From Cyanophora paradoxa CCMP329 (lineage: Eukaryota; Plantae; Glaucophyta), in NCBI GenBank assembly GCA_004431415.1, contig QPMI01000005.1, positions 744,001 to 808,000 on the forward strand: DNA of 64,000 nt, given 5' to 3'. The notes below the pieces were generated by a model. It was not told the origin of the DNA. It did not search any database and was given only the letters and a program-made list of their open reading frames with translations. Shown piece by piece: positions 1 to 12,300 of the stretch. Each line of letters begins with the position of its first letter. Within the stretch, counting starts at the first letter, position 1. A program made the position numbers and the translations under genes.

Positions 1-15
1 CACCGTCGGGCACTA

Positions 16-306
16 AATTACCGCGGCATACTACTAGGCTAGGAAATTACCGCGTTATAATTATAAAACCCAGCCTCCGTGCATCATGATACATGCATTG
101 AGCTAAATAACGAGGTACCAAATTACCGCGTTATAAATTTGGAGGCTTGCGTGGGGCGGTAAATTGGGACTCTGGGAGGTTACGTGTACCGTATGACGCA
201 ACTTCCCAGCGGAGAATTATAGGCTTCATGCTACCGAATTTCCGAGCTATGTCAAGATTGCGGTGCGGTAATTTGTTATCGCGGTGATTAAGTGAGCGCG
301 GTAATT
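16..306. repeat. Cluster of AATTACCGCG motifs in inverted arrangement (possible MITE/foldback or transposon subterminal repeats)
   Basis: Forward copies at 16, 45, 121; reverse-complement-like copies at 156, 264, 280, 297. No TSD resolved; may be cut by the window edge. Confidence 0.35.
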
Positions 307-1094
307 AATATTCGAATCGCTGGAATTTGAATTGCGATGTCGGTCCATTGTCGGAGGCCCTGAATATCGATCGTGATTCATGAGGCTCGTAGCCTCGGCG
401 CCTCGGCCCGGATGATGGGCCGGATCCCGGAGTCGGCCGCGCGCGCGCCCGGCGCCCGCCGCCCGGATGCCCTTTTTTGTTTTTCTCCAACGTTCCGGGA
501 TGTCCGACGGTCCGGCGACGTCGACGGACCCGGCGGCGGTCCGCGGACGGCGGCGGACCGGCGACGGTCCGGCGGCGGACCGGCGCCGGCCTGTACCGTA
601 TACCGGGGACCGTCGGTCCGGCGTGACGGCGGCGTCGGACCGGGGTCGACCGGTCCGGCGGCTCCGGCCGCGACTCCGGCGCCGGCCTGTACCGAAGCTG
701 TACGGTGCTGTACCCGGTGACCGGGGTCGGGACCGTCCGGTACGTATGGGATCGAATCGTCGATCTCGGACTCTAATTCGGAAGAACTCCTAGTAGTTCA
801 CTCGGAACTTCGTCGTCGGAACTTCGGAAGTACTCACGAGCCTCGGCCCTCGGCGGAGTCACGACTCAACTACTAGGCTAGCGCTAGCTACTAGTATATA
901 GTACCAGACTACTACCAGTACTGGCAAGAGTCATGAATTACGATTCATGCCATGATGATCGATCTCCGAATCAGAGACTCCGATCACGAGACTCATGACT
1001 CTAGAGACGGTCGGACTCACGAGATCTACCGGGTACCGCCGTACCAGTACTACGGAGTCTACTGTCTACGGTAGCTATAAATCTAGATTCTAGA

Positions 1095-1242
1095 CTCCGA
1101 TCCCGAATCCCGATCGCGATTCCCGACTCCCGAGTCGGACTCGGGATAATCACTCGGATCAAATAATTCCCGAGTCCCGAGTCCGATCCCGATTCCCGAG
1201 TCCCGAGTCCCGACTCCCGAGTCCCGACTCCCGACTCCCGAG
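1095..1242. repeat. Degenerate heptamer tandem repeat (TCCCGAG/TCCCGAC)
   Basis: Direct reading, e.g. tcccgagtcccgagtcccgactcccgagtcccgactcccgactcccgag. Confidence 0.7.
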
Positions 1243-1659
1243 TATATACGTAGGGGCGCGCATTTCGAACAAAATTAAATCGCCTTGTTCAGTGTTCGTT
1301 CGTTCAGTAGCCCCCGACGCGGCCCCCCGTGCAGCCTACTGTGCAGGCCGTGTTCATTGTTCAGTGAACGGCGCACTGAACGCTGTTCGAACTGCGAGCT
1401 CCTCGCTTCGCCCCCCCCTCCCGTCTCGGAGAGCTTCTCGCGCTTCGCGCGATGTAAGGAAAGAGCCTTAGAGGTTGCTAAAACACATTACTTAGAGCCG
1501 AGTCAGAGGGCGAACTACCTGTTTCTGTCAACTTTCTGACGGTTTCCGTGCCGAAACTTCCCCGGAACTTGCCCCGGAATGTGCCGAAATTTCGAAGAGA
1601 CGTTGCGCTCCGAATTTCGAAGAGACGTTGCGCGCCGCAATGGAGGGGAGAATTCGAAG

Positions 1660-3297
1660 CTATGGCTCTTGAAGCGGGTCCTGCTGGGGGCCTTGCAATT
1701 GCTGCAGCTGGCTGCCGCGCCCGCGGCCTCGCCCCCGCCCCCGGCCGCCGAGCTCGAAGGAGGGCTCGAGCTGCTCCTGAGAGAGGGAGGGCCCGGGGCC
1801 CGGGGGGAGGGAGGCCTGCGGCTCCTGCCGGTGCGATATCGATGCCGATCCTTCTACTCCGGCGTGGCCGCCGCCGCGGCCGCCGCGGCCGCCCCGCTGC
1901 CCGCGCCGCCCGCCGCGGCTGCCGTCGACGGTGGAGCCCTCGTGCTGCTGCTGCTCCCGCTGCTCCTGCAGCTGCTGCGGCGCTGCCGTCGGCTCTGCGG
2001 ATGCAAAGCCGTCGCCCTGCTGCAATCTGCCCGTGCAAAAGAACGTGTCAGGCCTAGGCCCTCCGAGGCTCTAAAATGAAAACAATGTATGCAAGAAGCG
2101 GAGAGAAACCCGTACCCGCCACTGAGCTCGCGGTCGTGCCCCCAAGAGGCCTCAGCGCTAGGCCCTAAAAGCCCGCCCCGGCCTCCGCCCCGGCCGCCGC
2201 CGCCACCGCGGCCGCCCCGCTGCCTGCCGACGCTGCCGTCGCGATCAGAGCTCACCTGCTCCGCTGGCGCCGGCGCCGTCCCCGCGTCCTGCCGCCTCCG
2301 CCACTGCTGCTGAGGCGCCGGCGCCGGTGCCGGCGGACCCTGCTGTACATGTTGCCGCTGCACGCTCGCGCCCCCGCCTCGGCCGGCGCCGCGCTGCCCC
2401 AGCTGCCTGCCATGGCGGCCACGGCCGCCGCCGCTCTGCTGCGGCTGCGAAGGCGCAGCCTCCGCCTCGCCCAGCGAGATCACCCTCGAGCTCCCGCCCG
2501 CGTGGAGAGAGGCGCAGAAGACGGGCGGGCACGCGGTCTCCACCGGCGAGTTCGAGCGGAGCGTGGGCGTCGACGTCGCCGGCGGCGCACGCGCCTCCGT
2601 AGCCAGAGCGGAGGAGGAGGGAACGCGGTGGCGTCCCTGTGGCTTGTGATTGACGGAAGGCGGTGGTCGAATCGCGTCGGCGACAATAGCTGATGAGGAA
2701 GATGCTGGCGTGCTTTCAGGGGCCTTTCGCGCAGCGCTCTTGCCTCTGGGAGGTGCGGAACGGGCTGGAGCAGGGACCTCGTTGCCGGGCCCGGGCTCCT
2801 GATCGCGAGCAGCGCTAGCCTCGCCCTGCAGCTTAGAACGTGGAGGACTGATGGCTGGGGCGAGCTGGGCGGTCGCCTCGGCTCGCGCCGCGCTGCCGCT
2901 CGCAGCCGACGTCTCTGCTGCTGCGGTTCGCTTCTGCTGGAGGCCTAGCCCTAGGCCCAGGCCTGCTGGAGCCGACGATGCTTCAGAGAGCCCGGCCACG
3001 GGCGCGTCGACGTCGTTGGTCGACCCCGCGGCCGCCGGCGGAGCTGCGGCGACTGCGGGGCTGGATGCGTCGGCGGAGAGGGCGGGCCCGGACGGCGAGC
3101 CATCCGCTCCCACGACCAGCGGCCTCGCCTCGTTATGCTCTGCCTCGGCACGCGGAGGCGGCGTTGGCGGCGCAGGCGACTGCGGGGCGCTGGGTGTTGA
3201 AGGCCCGGGCTGGGCGGCCGTCGACGTTGACGTCAGCTGCAGCGTGCCGTCAATTACGGTCGAATTTGAAGGGCTTCCGAGGTTAAACTCATCATGC
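1660..3297 (-). CDS. Low-complexity Ala/Pro/Ser/Gln-rich exons, possibly the extended C-terminus of the helicase gene
   Basis: Acceptor CACGCGCAG near 3298 opens a long frame (ORF 1854..3113); second acceptor near 2027. Link to the upstream exon not resolved. Confidence 0.3.
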
Positions 3298-3380
3298 TGC
3301 GCGTGATGTCAGTGAATTAAATGAAGAGAGCAGATTAAAGGGCAGGCGAGCACCTGCGCCGGCTCCTCGCTTGGGCTCGA

Positions 3381-6300
3381 TTAGGAGAGGGCCCTGCGAC
3401 CGCGAGCGCACCCCTCGAACGGGGGCGCGGCACGGGCAGCAGCGGCGTCGGAGGGGGGCCCCAGGCCCCCGCCGGCGTCCTGGCCCCTCGGGGAGCTCGA
3501 GCTCGCCGCCCGGCTCGCCGCCGCGGCCGCCTCGGCAGAGCCGCCTTCTGCATTGCTCAGGGAAGGCAGAAAGCCCGGGCTGGACTTCGACGACAAAGGA
3601 GAAAAAGAAGAAGGGCCGTAGGGGTGGAAGCCGTACGGAGTGCCGTACGGGGAGGGCGGCTGCGAGCTCGAGGGCGGCCGGGCGGGAGGCAGCTGCAGGA
3701 ACGCGAGGGCGGGCGGCGCGGCTGGCACGTATACGGAAAACGTGGGGGTTGCTGCAGCTGCAGCTGAAAGGCCGCCGCTGCCGGCGGCCTGTGCGTGCAC
3801 CCGGCCCTCCATCTCCAGAGCGCCGGCGCCGGCGGACGGCGGAGAAGCTGGGGCGTGCGGGTGGAATCCGTAGGGAGTCCCGCCAGCAGCGACGAGCGGC
3901 GAGGGATACCCGTAGGCTGGAGTCGACGCTGCAGGCGGCGCCAAAGGTGCCAGCTGCAGCGGAGCCGCCGAGGAGGTCGGCGTCTGAATCTGCGTGCGGC
4001 CCGCAGAAGCCGAAGTCGCTGCCACGGCGGCGCCGGCAGCGGCGGCGGCCACAGGCTGCGGCGCCGGCGAGATCGGAGAAGTTGGCGCGAGCGGGTGGTA
4101 GCCGTAGGGTGTGCCGCCGCCGACGACGTGGGTCGAGAGAGGCGGCTGCTGGACCATTTGCGGCGGTGGCGGCGGCGGAGCAACTGCTGCAGCCGCCGAC
4201 GAAAGCTCAGCACTTGGCGCGGAAGAAGGCACTTCGACAGTCCGCGTTCGCTTTCGGGCGGCCCGCTGCGCTGTCGCGCGCTGCGGTTGCGCCGACGGAG
4301 AGGGCGAGGGCGCGGCGGCGACGGGAGCAGGACCCGCGAGACTTGTCCCGCCAAGCTGGACGGGCGCGGCGACGTCGGCGTCAGCGTCGGGCGATGCCTG
4401 TTCAGGGCGCTGAGCACAAAGCGTCGGGCGGGCAGTGTTTAGATAAAGCCGCACCGAAGATGATGGGCCCTCGCTTTGAGGAAAAGTCGAAATGGGCGCA
4501 GAAGAAGAAGGCAGAAACGCTGGCTTCGGGCTTGTGGATTCAGCTGCAGCTGGGGCCTGCGCAGCCGGCTGTGCACTGCCCTCGAGCTCCCCAGCCTCCA
4601 CCGCAGCTGCAGGCGCTGACGCCGCGTCCGCAGCTAAAGGCAAGTAGGGGAGCGGCGCCGCGGCTGATGGCTCGCCCTTGGGAGGAGACGAGTCGGCTGG
4701 CGCAGCGTTGGGTGTGGCCTCGAAGCTCGAAGTGGGGGGAGCGGCAGAGAGCGGCTGGGCGTCGCCGGCTTCTTCGCGGGGCGACGCCGCAGGATTCGGC
4801 ACCGGCTTCTTCTCGGCCAACTCTGCCGCCTCTGCCGCCGCTGGCGCCTCTGCCGCCTCTGCCACATCTGCCGCCTCTGCCGCCTCTGTCGCCTCTGCCG
4901 CCTCTGTCGCCTCTGCCGCCTCTGCCACATCTGCCGCCTCTGCCGCCTCTGCCGCCCCTGCCGCCTCTGGCGTCTCTGCCTCAGGCTCAGGACAAGCCCC
5001 CGAAGGCAATATGGCGTTGCCGGCTTCGCTGGGCGACGCTGCAGCTGTAGGATCCGGCGTCTTCTCGTTCTTGTAGATCGTCCTGATCTTCGACAGCTGC
5101 GCTCTCAGAACCGGGTCCCATCGTCGTACTGCAATGGCCTGCGCGAACGAAGCCGCCGCGTCGGCGATTCGGTCTTGCAGCACCATAGCGAAAGCGTACG
5201 CTGTCCACGCCTGGCGGGCGTGTTGCAGTAAGCCGCCGATCAATTCAATTGAGTAAATCGGAGCGAACCTTTCCTGACGGCCCTCTCTCAGAAGCCTGTA
5301 CATCAGAACGAGCCCAGAGTTCTATCGATCTCGTAGCGGTTGACAGAGCGTCGGCCCCCCGGAATTCCGCCGAAAGGCGGAGCGCCTCGCTCTGGGCGTC
5401 GATGGCCTCGGCGGCGGCCCCGCCGCCCTCGTGCAAGGCCGCCTCGTCCCGGAGCGCTGCCAGACGGGCGCGGTAGCTCGACGGGACCCGCTGCTGCCCG
5501 GCGCACACGAGGGCCTCCACCACCTCCGCGGCCCGGAGGGCGCAGCGCAGCCTCCCGGCCTCCTCCAGGGCGAATGCAAGCGTCGCCCAGGCCTGTCGAG
5601 CGTTCAGATATCTGTAGAGATTTGGCGAGGCTGAGAGCACGCGATGCTCGCACCTTGGCCTCGAATCCCCGCGCAAATCGCGACCCCGAGACCGCCAGCC
5701 TTGCCCAGCCGACGGCGTCGGGCCGGTGGAGGCTCAGCGCAACGAACGCTCCTCGCAGCGCAGCTTCAACGAACGATGACCACCAGTCGCGGAACGCTGT
5801 TCTGCTGTGATACTGAGGATCGCGTTCGTCTGCTTCCAGCTCGGCCAAGAGAGCGTCGGGCTTGTGGCACAAGTCGGACGTCGATCTGTCCTCCACCAAG
5901 TCTTTCAGAGCGGCGTAACAATCGACGAGATTGCTCAGCTTTGAAGCATGGATCGGGAGGACGTCCTCTGCAAGAGCAGCCGATGTCAATTCGAGGGGCC
6001 TGTGCCTCGGCCGCGCGATCGCGACACGGTCCCATTCGCTGGGACCGAGGAGCCGCCTCGCCAGATCGTTGAGCGGGTCATCGGCGACTGCTTTGTGCGC
6101 GAGTAGAATTATGTCTGCGGATCTCCGATCGCGTAGAGACTTTTGAGAAGCTTGCAATTGGACGAGGCGGCATCGAGCCTGCCGAATATTCAATCGTTAA
6201 CGTTTGGCTTGGCCCCGAAATTGCAGAACAGGGGAAGCATCGAGTACCAGTGACAGCAACCGCCCGATACTATATCGCGACGAATACACTCGGCGGTCCA

Positions 6301-9300
6301 ACTCGGTGTAGATATCGATTTCCCGTGTCGCAAAGTCTTTTGCCTTCGTGTAGTGAGCGGCTCCGCAAGCCGCTATCGCAGCCAGCCGTTGCAGACGGGC
6401 GACGGAAACGAGCAGCTCGTACGACGCTGCATCCAGCTCAGAGTCTTTGATGGCATTCCAGCGATCCTCTGCTGCTTTGCAACAGGCAGCATACAGCCCT
6501 TTGGGCAAACGTCCAAGCTCAACCATAGGCTCGAATCGGCTGATTTCCGACCGAACATCGACGACAGTAGGATCCTGCAGCCTTCTCGAGCCGTTCTTCT
6601 CAATCACGGATGTACGAAGATCCTCGACCTTTGGATATAATAGTAAGAATAAGAAAAGACAGCATAATAATCGAGCACACTTCTTCGAAAACTGTGCCGA
6701 CGTCGATTTCTGTTTTGAAAAGGTGTTCAACGGCCCCGCAAGCCCAGCGCTCCTGCTTGAACATGTTTGCCGTACGAGGAACTGCTTGACGCAGTAAGAG
6801 CCCTGCCTGCAACAAACAGATGTTTCTCTCTCTGGAGCTGATTGCCACGCGATTCCAAGTGACTCGCTCCAGCTGCTGCCTGACGTGGAACGCTGCCGAG
6901 GCGATGACGACGGCTGACTCCTCGTCAGGGAGGCGCAGCCCGCCCTGCAAAACACCCGCAAGTGCCGATACTCTTCTCAACAGACTCTTGTTCTCCATTG
7001 CAGCCGCATCGTGGATCGTGTTGCCCGAGGGAAAGAAGGGCGACATCCAGTGATCAGCGCCCTTCGATCCGCTGCAAGTGATTCGCAGGGAATCTGGCCG
7101 CATGATGATGCAGGCGACAAGTGCAGCCGCAGTCGAATCAATAGGTGCGATGGAGCTCAGGGCTTCCAGAGCGTCGTCGCAGCGGCTCTGATGGCGAAGA
7201 GTGCACGCACGAAGGATTTTGGCCTGCCATCGCCTTTCAGTAAATCGGAAACACGAAACATTTTCAAGCCAAGTACCTCTGCCAAGGCCTCAGAAAGCTC
7301 ATTTTTGCGTGAGCTATCGGTGGTCTGCAGTTCTTGCTCGATGCGCGTCTCGAGTCGATGAAGCAGGTCGCACGCTTGGTCAATCGCGCTTGTCAAGTCC
7401 CACGATCGCAGAGCGCATTTTACAACACCGACAATCGCCTGCAATGTAAGTAAGATCGTGTACGTATATGAATATGCAATTAAACATCGGATATCGAGAC
7501 CTACGTTGGCGACTCTCACGGTGGGTGGCACATTAGTAATCCAGAAATCAATGTGCCGTACACATAACGTGGAAAGCGTGCCCTGATCGCCAACAAACCA
7601 CTGGAGAGAATGGTCGTCCTTGATAGCGAATGATCGTTTCCAGAAATCGAGTGCTTTCTCAGCACAGCCAGCTACACCGTCAACGATGCCGGCTTGTTGT
7701 AAGCGATCCGCGGCCTGAGCCTCGAGAAGAGTAGCCGCCAACCGTAAAACCTCAAAATCTTCTTGCGGCATCTTGCTGAGAGCGACTTCCAGCGAAGTGC
7801 AGATTGTTCGGAGATCTGGATTGACTAAAGGCGTACTTGTCGCAAAGCCCCTTTCGATCAATAGCTTCACGCATACGTGCATCGCATCATGCGATCTATA
7901 AGAGATGTGATGTATACACTTGATCGCTTCATCGACTCGCGATGTGTCTTGGCTCAGAATTACGTTCGCAAGGAGAACTGAAGCCTGCAGACAACTCGTC
8001 GTAAGCTCGTGGCGCGCTAGATTAGACTCGCACGCGCACCGTATCCCATTCTCGCAAGTCCATGATTCGCATTTCGTCGGAAACTGGAGCTCGGTCGGCT
8101 TGCGTGTCCGAATATATGAGCGTGATTCGTGATTGAGTGATACGAACAGCCTCACGGGCTGCTTCTTCTGCTTCGCCAAAACTTCGCCGATCGAGAGCCA
8201 TTTGCGCCCGGCGCATAGCCACCGTGGCACATTTGCGGCGATGCAAGAGAACTTGCTGTACGACACACGAAGCCTCGCCTCCAAATCCACAAGGAGCTGC
8301 GGCTGATTGAACCGCTTCCATGGCTTCCGTGTGATGGCCTCCATGCAGAAAGAATAGGCTTCGTCGAATTTCTTCTGCTGCTTGAGGGCACAGACCAGCG
8401 ATTCATATGCCTGCAATGTTTAATCTGCGTCAGATGCGAATGAAAAGTGGATTCACAGAAGAATCTCGGACCCTCGCGACGGATCCAAAACAAGGCAAGC
8501 CCGTGGGTTTCCAGCTCGAAATCGCCAGACGGAAGACAGATTCTGCTGAAGAGGGATCGAGTTCCGCAGCTCGATGCCACAACTGCGTCGCGGCGTCGAC
8601 GCTGCATAGCTGTAAGTCGGAAGACACGGCTGCGGGATCCACGCTCATGAGGTGCCTGAGTTGTTCGTATATGTGCGATGCTGCACTGGAGTAGATTTGG
8701 CTGGCCTCCTTCGGATCGATTTTTAGCACCGGATCCGATGTGTCACGATAGAAGAGGGAGTCCTTAAGAGCTCGATAACGTCGTTTGAGTGCCTGCGGAC
8801 TTGCCAGGCGACGAGAGAAGTGTTCAGAGGCGAATATTTGAAGGACGAGATCGCCGGTTTCGAAGTATGCGTCGAACAGATCAGCAGCGATCTCCAAGGC
8901 CTCGTCAATTTGGCCCAGTTGAATGATGATTTGAGCCAGCAGCTCCGATGCTGACGCCTTCAACGCGTGCGTGCAGACATCACGGAGTCAATATCGATCA
9001 CTCCAAAAAAGAACACTCGATCGAATTGAACACACCGATTGCATATTCCAGAAGGACTCCTCGAGCTCGAGGCGCTGATCTTCATGATCAGGGAGAAAGA
9101 GCCGCAATTTGTCCCACTCGGCGACGGCAGCGCGCGCGTGCCGCTCGGCGATCTCGAGCCGCGAGTTGTCCAGAGCCTTCTGCGCTTGCTTCATGGCCTG
9201 CGCTGCGTGTCGGGCCATCGCGTGTCGTTCCTTCTCCAGGATCCTGTGGTCGTTCGGAAATGCCGCTAGCGCCTCGCGCAGCACGCGCTCGGCCTCTCCG

Positions 9301-12300
9301 TACTGTCCTGCCCTCTCAAAGGCAACCACGAGCGCCCAATACGCCTGCACCGATGCTCAGGAAACGCAAAGCAGCTACAGAAAGCATCGGAGAAAACTCT
9401 GAATCGTATCAACGCACGTCGGACACGATGACGTGTCGAATGGGATGGACCGTCGACGTTTTCAGCTGAAGCTCCGACCACAAAGCGACTGCGGCCTCCG
9501 CGCACTCAAGGACGTCGTTATTCGTCCACGCGCCGCAATGTTGATCGAGACCCACAAGGGCGGCCTGTTGTAGCAGCTCGGCCCGAATCGCGCCGCATTC
9601 CAGCTCCAACTCACGGAAGTCGTCCTCGTACCCGTAAAGGCTGGCTTCTGTGCTGACAGCCCGGCGAAAATCGGCTTCAAGGGCCTCCGCTGTGCTCTTG
9701 TAGAAGATCGGGGTCTTCAGTGGACGAACTTCGAGGACGGATCTGGACCACGCAAACGACCAAGACAGGCCCCCAACTGCGCGCGCCGTCTCCAGATCGC
9801 CCGCCCTATATATATATCCACGCCGCAATTTAGCACATGGTAAAACGAAAGAAGATGCGATCAAAGAACAGATAATATAATATGGCTCACCGCTCGTAGC
9901 AGTCGGCGGCCTCGTAAGCTTTTCCGATGCTCTTGTAACACACAGCGGCATCTTTGAAGTGCTGCCGCTGATCGTCGGTGTTCGTTTCCATTTCAGCGCA
10001 CTTTAAGTAGCATTCTGCCGCCCGTGACCTGCGAACAACAGCCGAAAATGGGCACAGGAGGGGCGCCAAGGGCCGGGAGGCCTTCGACACGCTAGGGACG
10101 AATCCGGCATGCGCACAGTGATTTTCGAATGGTTTCCGTCCCATCGAATTCGACTGTTGAGGACGGCGACCTGCTTTCGATCTCCCGGAATCGCTGTGCC
10201 ACGGATAGCAGCACGGCTTTTCTTTGCTGCACGTCTTGCGTGGGCATGGAATCTGCACAGAAAAACGTCGGCGAAATTATTTATTCTACTCTGCTTTTCA
10301 TTGCTTTGGAGCGCGCACCGGCTTTGGATAATTCGATCTCGGCCTCCGTGAACAAGGCCATGCACTCGTCGCCAGCGTTCCGGTACGCGCGCGCAGCCAT
10401 CTCGAGGTTGGTACGCTGGCCCCGCAGCTTCTCCGCGAGGCGCCACCAGTCCTGCGGCGTGTTGCCTCTGTCCCGCTCCCACATGACGCCTCTCTCCTCC
10501 CCTTCTTTGACTTTCTGATCGATATCATGGGTGGCCGGTCGGCGAGACAACAAAGTCTGCCTTGGAGAGCGCGCGAACCTCGACGACTCCCGCCTTGTCG
10601 AAGAGTTCAAACAGGGGCTTCCGCGCATCGGACTCGTCGAAGATCCTAAAAATGTATATATGAGAACCAAGTGATCATGAGTACTAGTACTGATGTATAA
10701 ATGTTCTTTAAGTTTAAGCTCGAAATGTGCACCAGACGGCGGATTTGGCGCGAGTGATCGCTGTGTACAGCTGCGCGATCGGACTCCATCAGCTGGAAGG
10801 ACATGTGCATGCGGGCGAAGAGCAGTCGTTCGATACCTGTTTCAGCTCTGCCGCCACGAGCCGGTTCGCAAGTGAATCGAAGACTGCGGTAGCAGAGGCA
10901 GGCTGCAGAAAACACCGCCGCACATTCAGAGCAGGCGCGCGGATTTGAAATCGAGTAAAATGTTTTGACGAACCCGCTCGTGTGCATCTCTGCCAGCTGC
11001 TTCATCCGCCTTTCTTAAAACGTAATCCTCGGCGGCGGCGGCTGCTGCCCGCCACGTCTTCATCGCGAGAGAAGAGTGTGCGAAGAAATTGAACCTGGGC
11101 GGGAGCGCCTCATGATCATGATTAAAATACCACAAATCGATTGGAATAAATTACTACTCACAGGAGAACGTCCTGGAATTCGAGGCCCTTCGCCTCTTCC
11201 ACTGTCAGAATGATGGCGTTGCCCAAGAGAGCGGTGAGCCGCCGGGTCGTCTCCTCCCTTCTCTGGGCGCGGACGACGACCACCTGGCGGAGATAAGGGG
11301 ACGCTGAGGGCGTGTAGCGCGAGGCGGACTCCTGGGCGGTGTGGCGGCCTTTCTATCTTAGGACGGCCTTTCTTTCTAGCGGCCTTTCATAATAAGAACC
11401 TGGTCGGCGCCGAGCGACCTCGTGCGGTCCACGGCCAGGTTCGCGAAGAGGAAAGAATTCAGACTGCCCTCGTCTTTTCCGAGCAGGAGCAATGGGGGCG
11501 GGCCGTCGGCCAACCCTGAAGCCTTTGTCAGAAACGAAGACGGCTCATGATCACGACCAAGCTCATGTTTAGCCCATGAACTTTGCCCAAAACCGTTGTT
11601 TATGATTATAATTAGCTCATGGTCACGACCAAGCGGGTACGAACCTGTGTCGCGGGGGAGGCGCTCATCGAGCTCCTTCGGGAACAGAGTCTGCAGCATA
11701 TCGACCGCAACTTGCGCGCATCGCAGGATCCCGTTGTGCGAGCGGTAGCTCTGCGTGGTGCATGTGTCAATACTGAATGTGCATTATGCGGTTTATATAC
11801 GTATAATTATTAGCGATCAGAATCCACGAACCAGAGACAGATGCGTTTGGTTGAACTTGCTCTTTTCCGCCGAACCGGGGAACAGTTCAAGGACCATGGA
11901 CTGCTGGTCGCAGAAGCGGAACGCAAGGCCGCGGGCCACCGTCTGCATCGTGTCTCCGTACAGGGCGAGGCCGCCGAGGTCCGCGGCGACGGTCGCCATG
12001 AGGCCGAGCTCCGCCCCCGTGAAGTCTTGTACCTGCGAACACGTAATTATAAGCTTTAATAATTTCCAATCACGACGGAGTGAACATCGCGCCTCGTCAA
12101 CGATGATCTCGTGCAGGTGTGGCCCTCGATAGCGACCCTTGATTCCTCGATAGACGTGATGCACGATGTCCTGCGAGGTTTTCAGGTTCACATATGCAGC
12201 AGGTTGTAATTAGATGCCTGCGCTATTTCTTATTACACTCAGGACGAATTTATTGATTTATGCAAAGGTCCACATGTTACCAATACTGGGGCTCTTAAGG

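Noticed and set aside
3371-5050. 559-aa plus-strand ORF and many other long Arg/Pro/Gly-rich ORFs
   Set aside because: Antisense or off-frame shadows in GC-rich sequence with no domain signatures.
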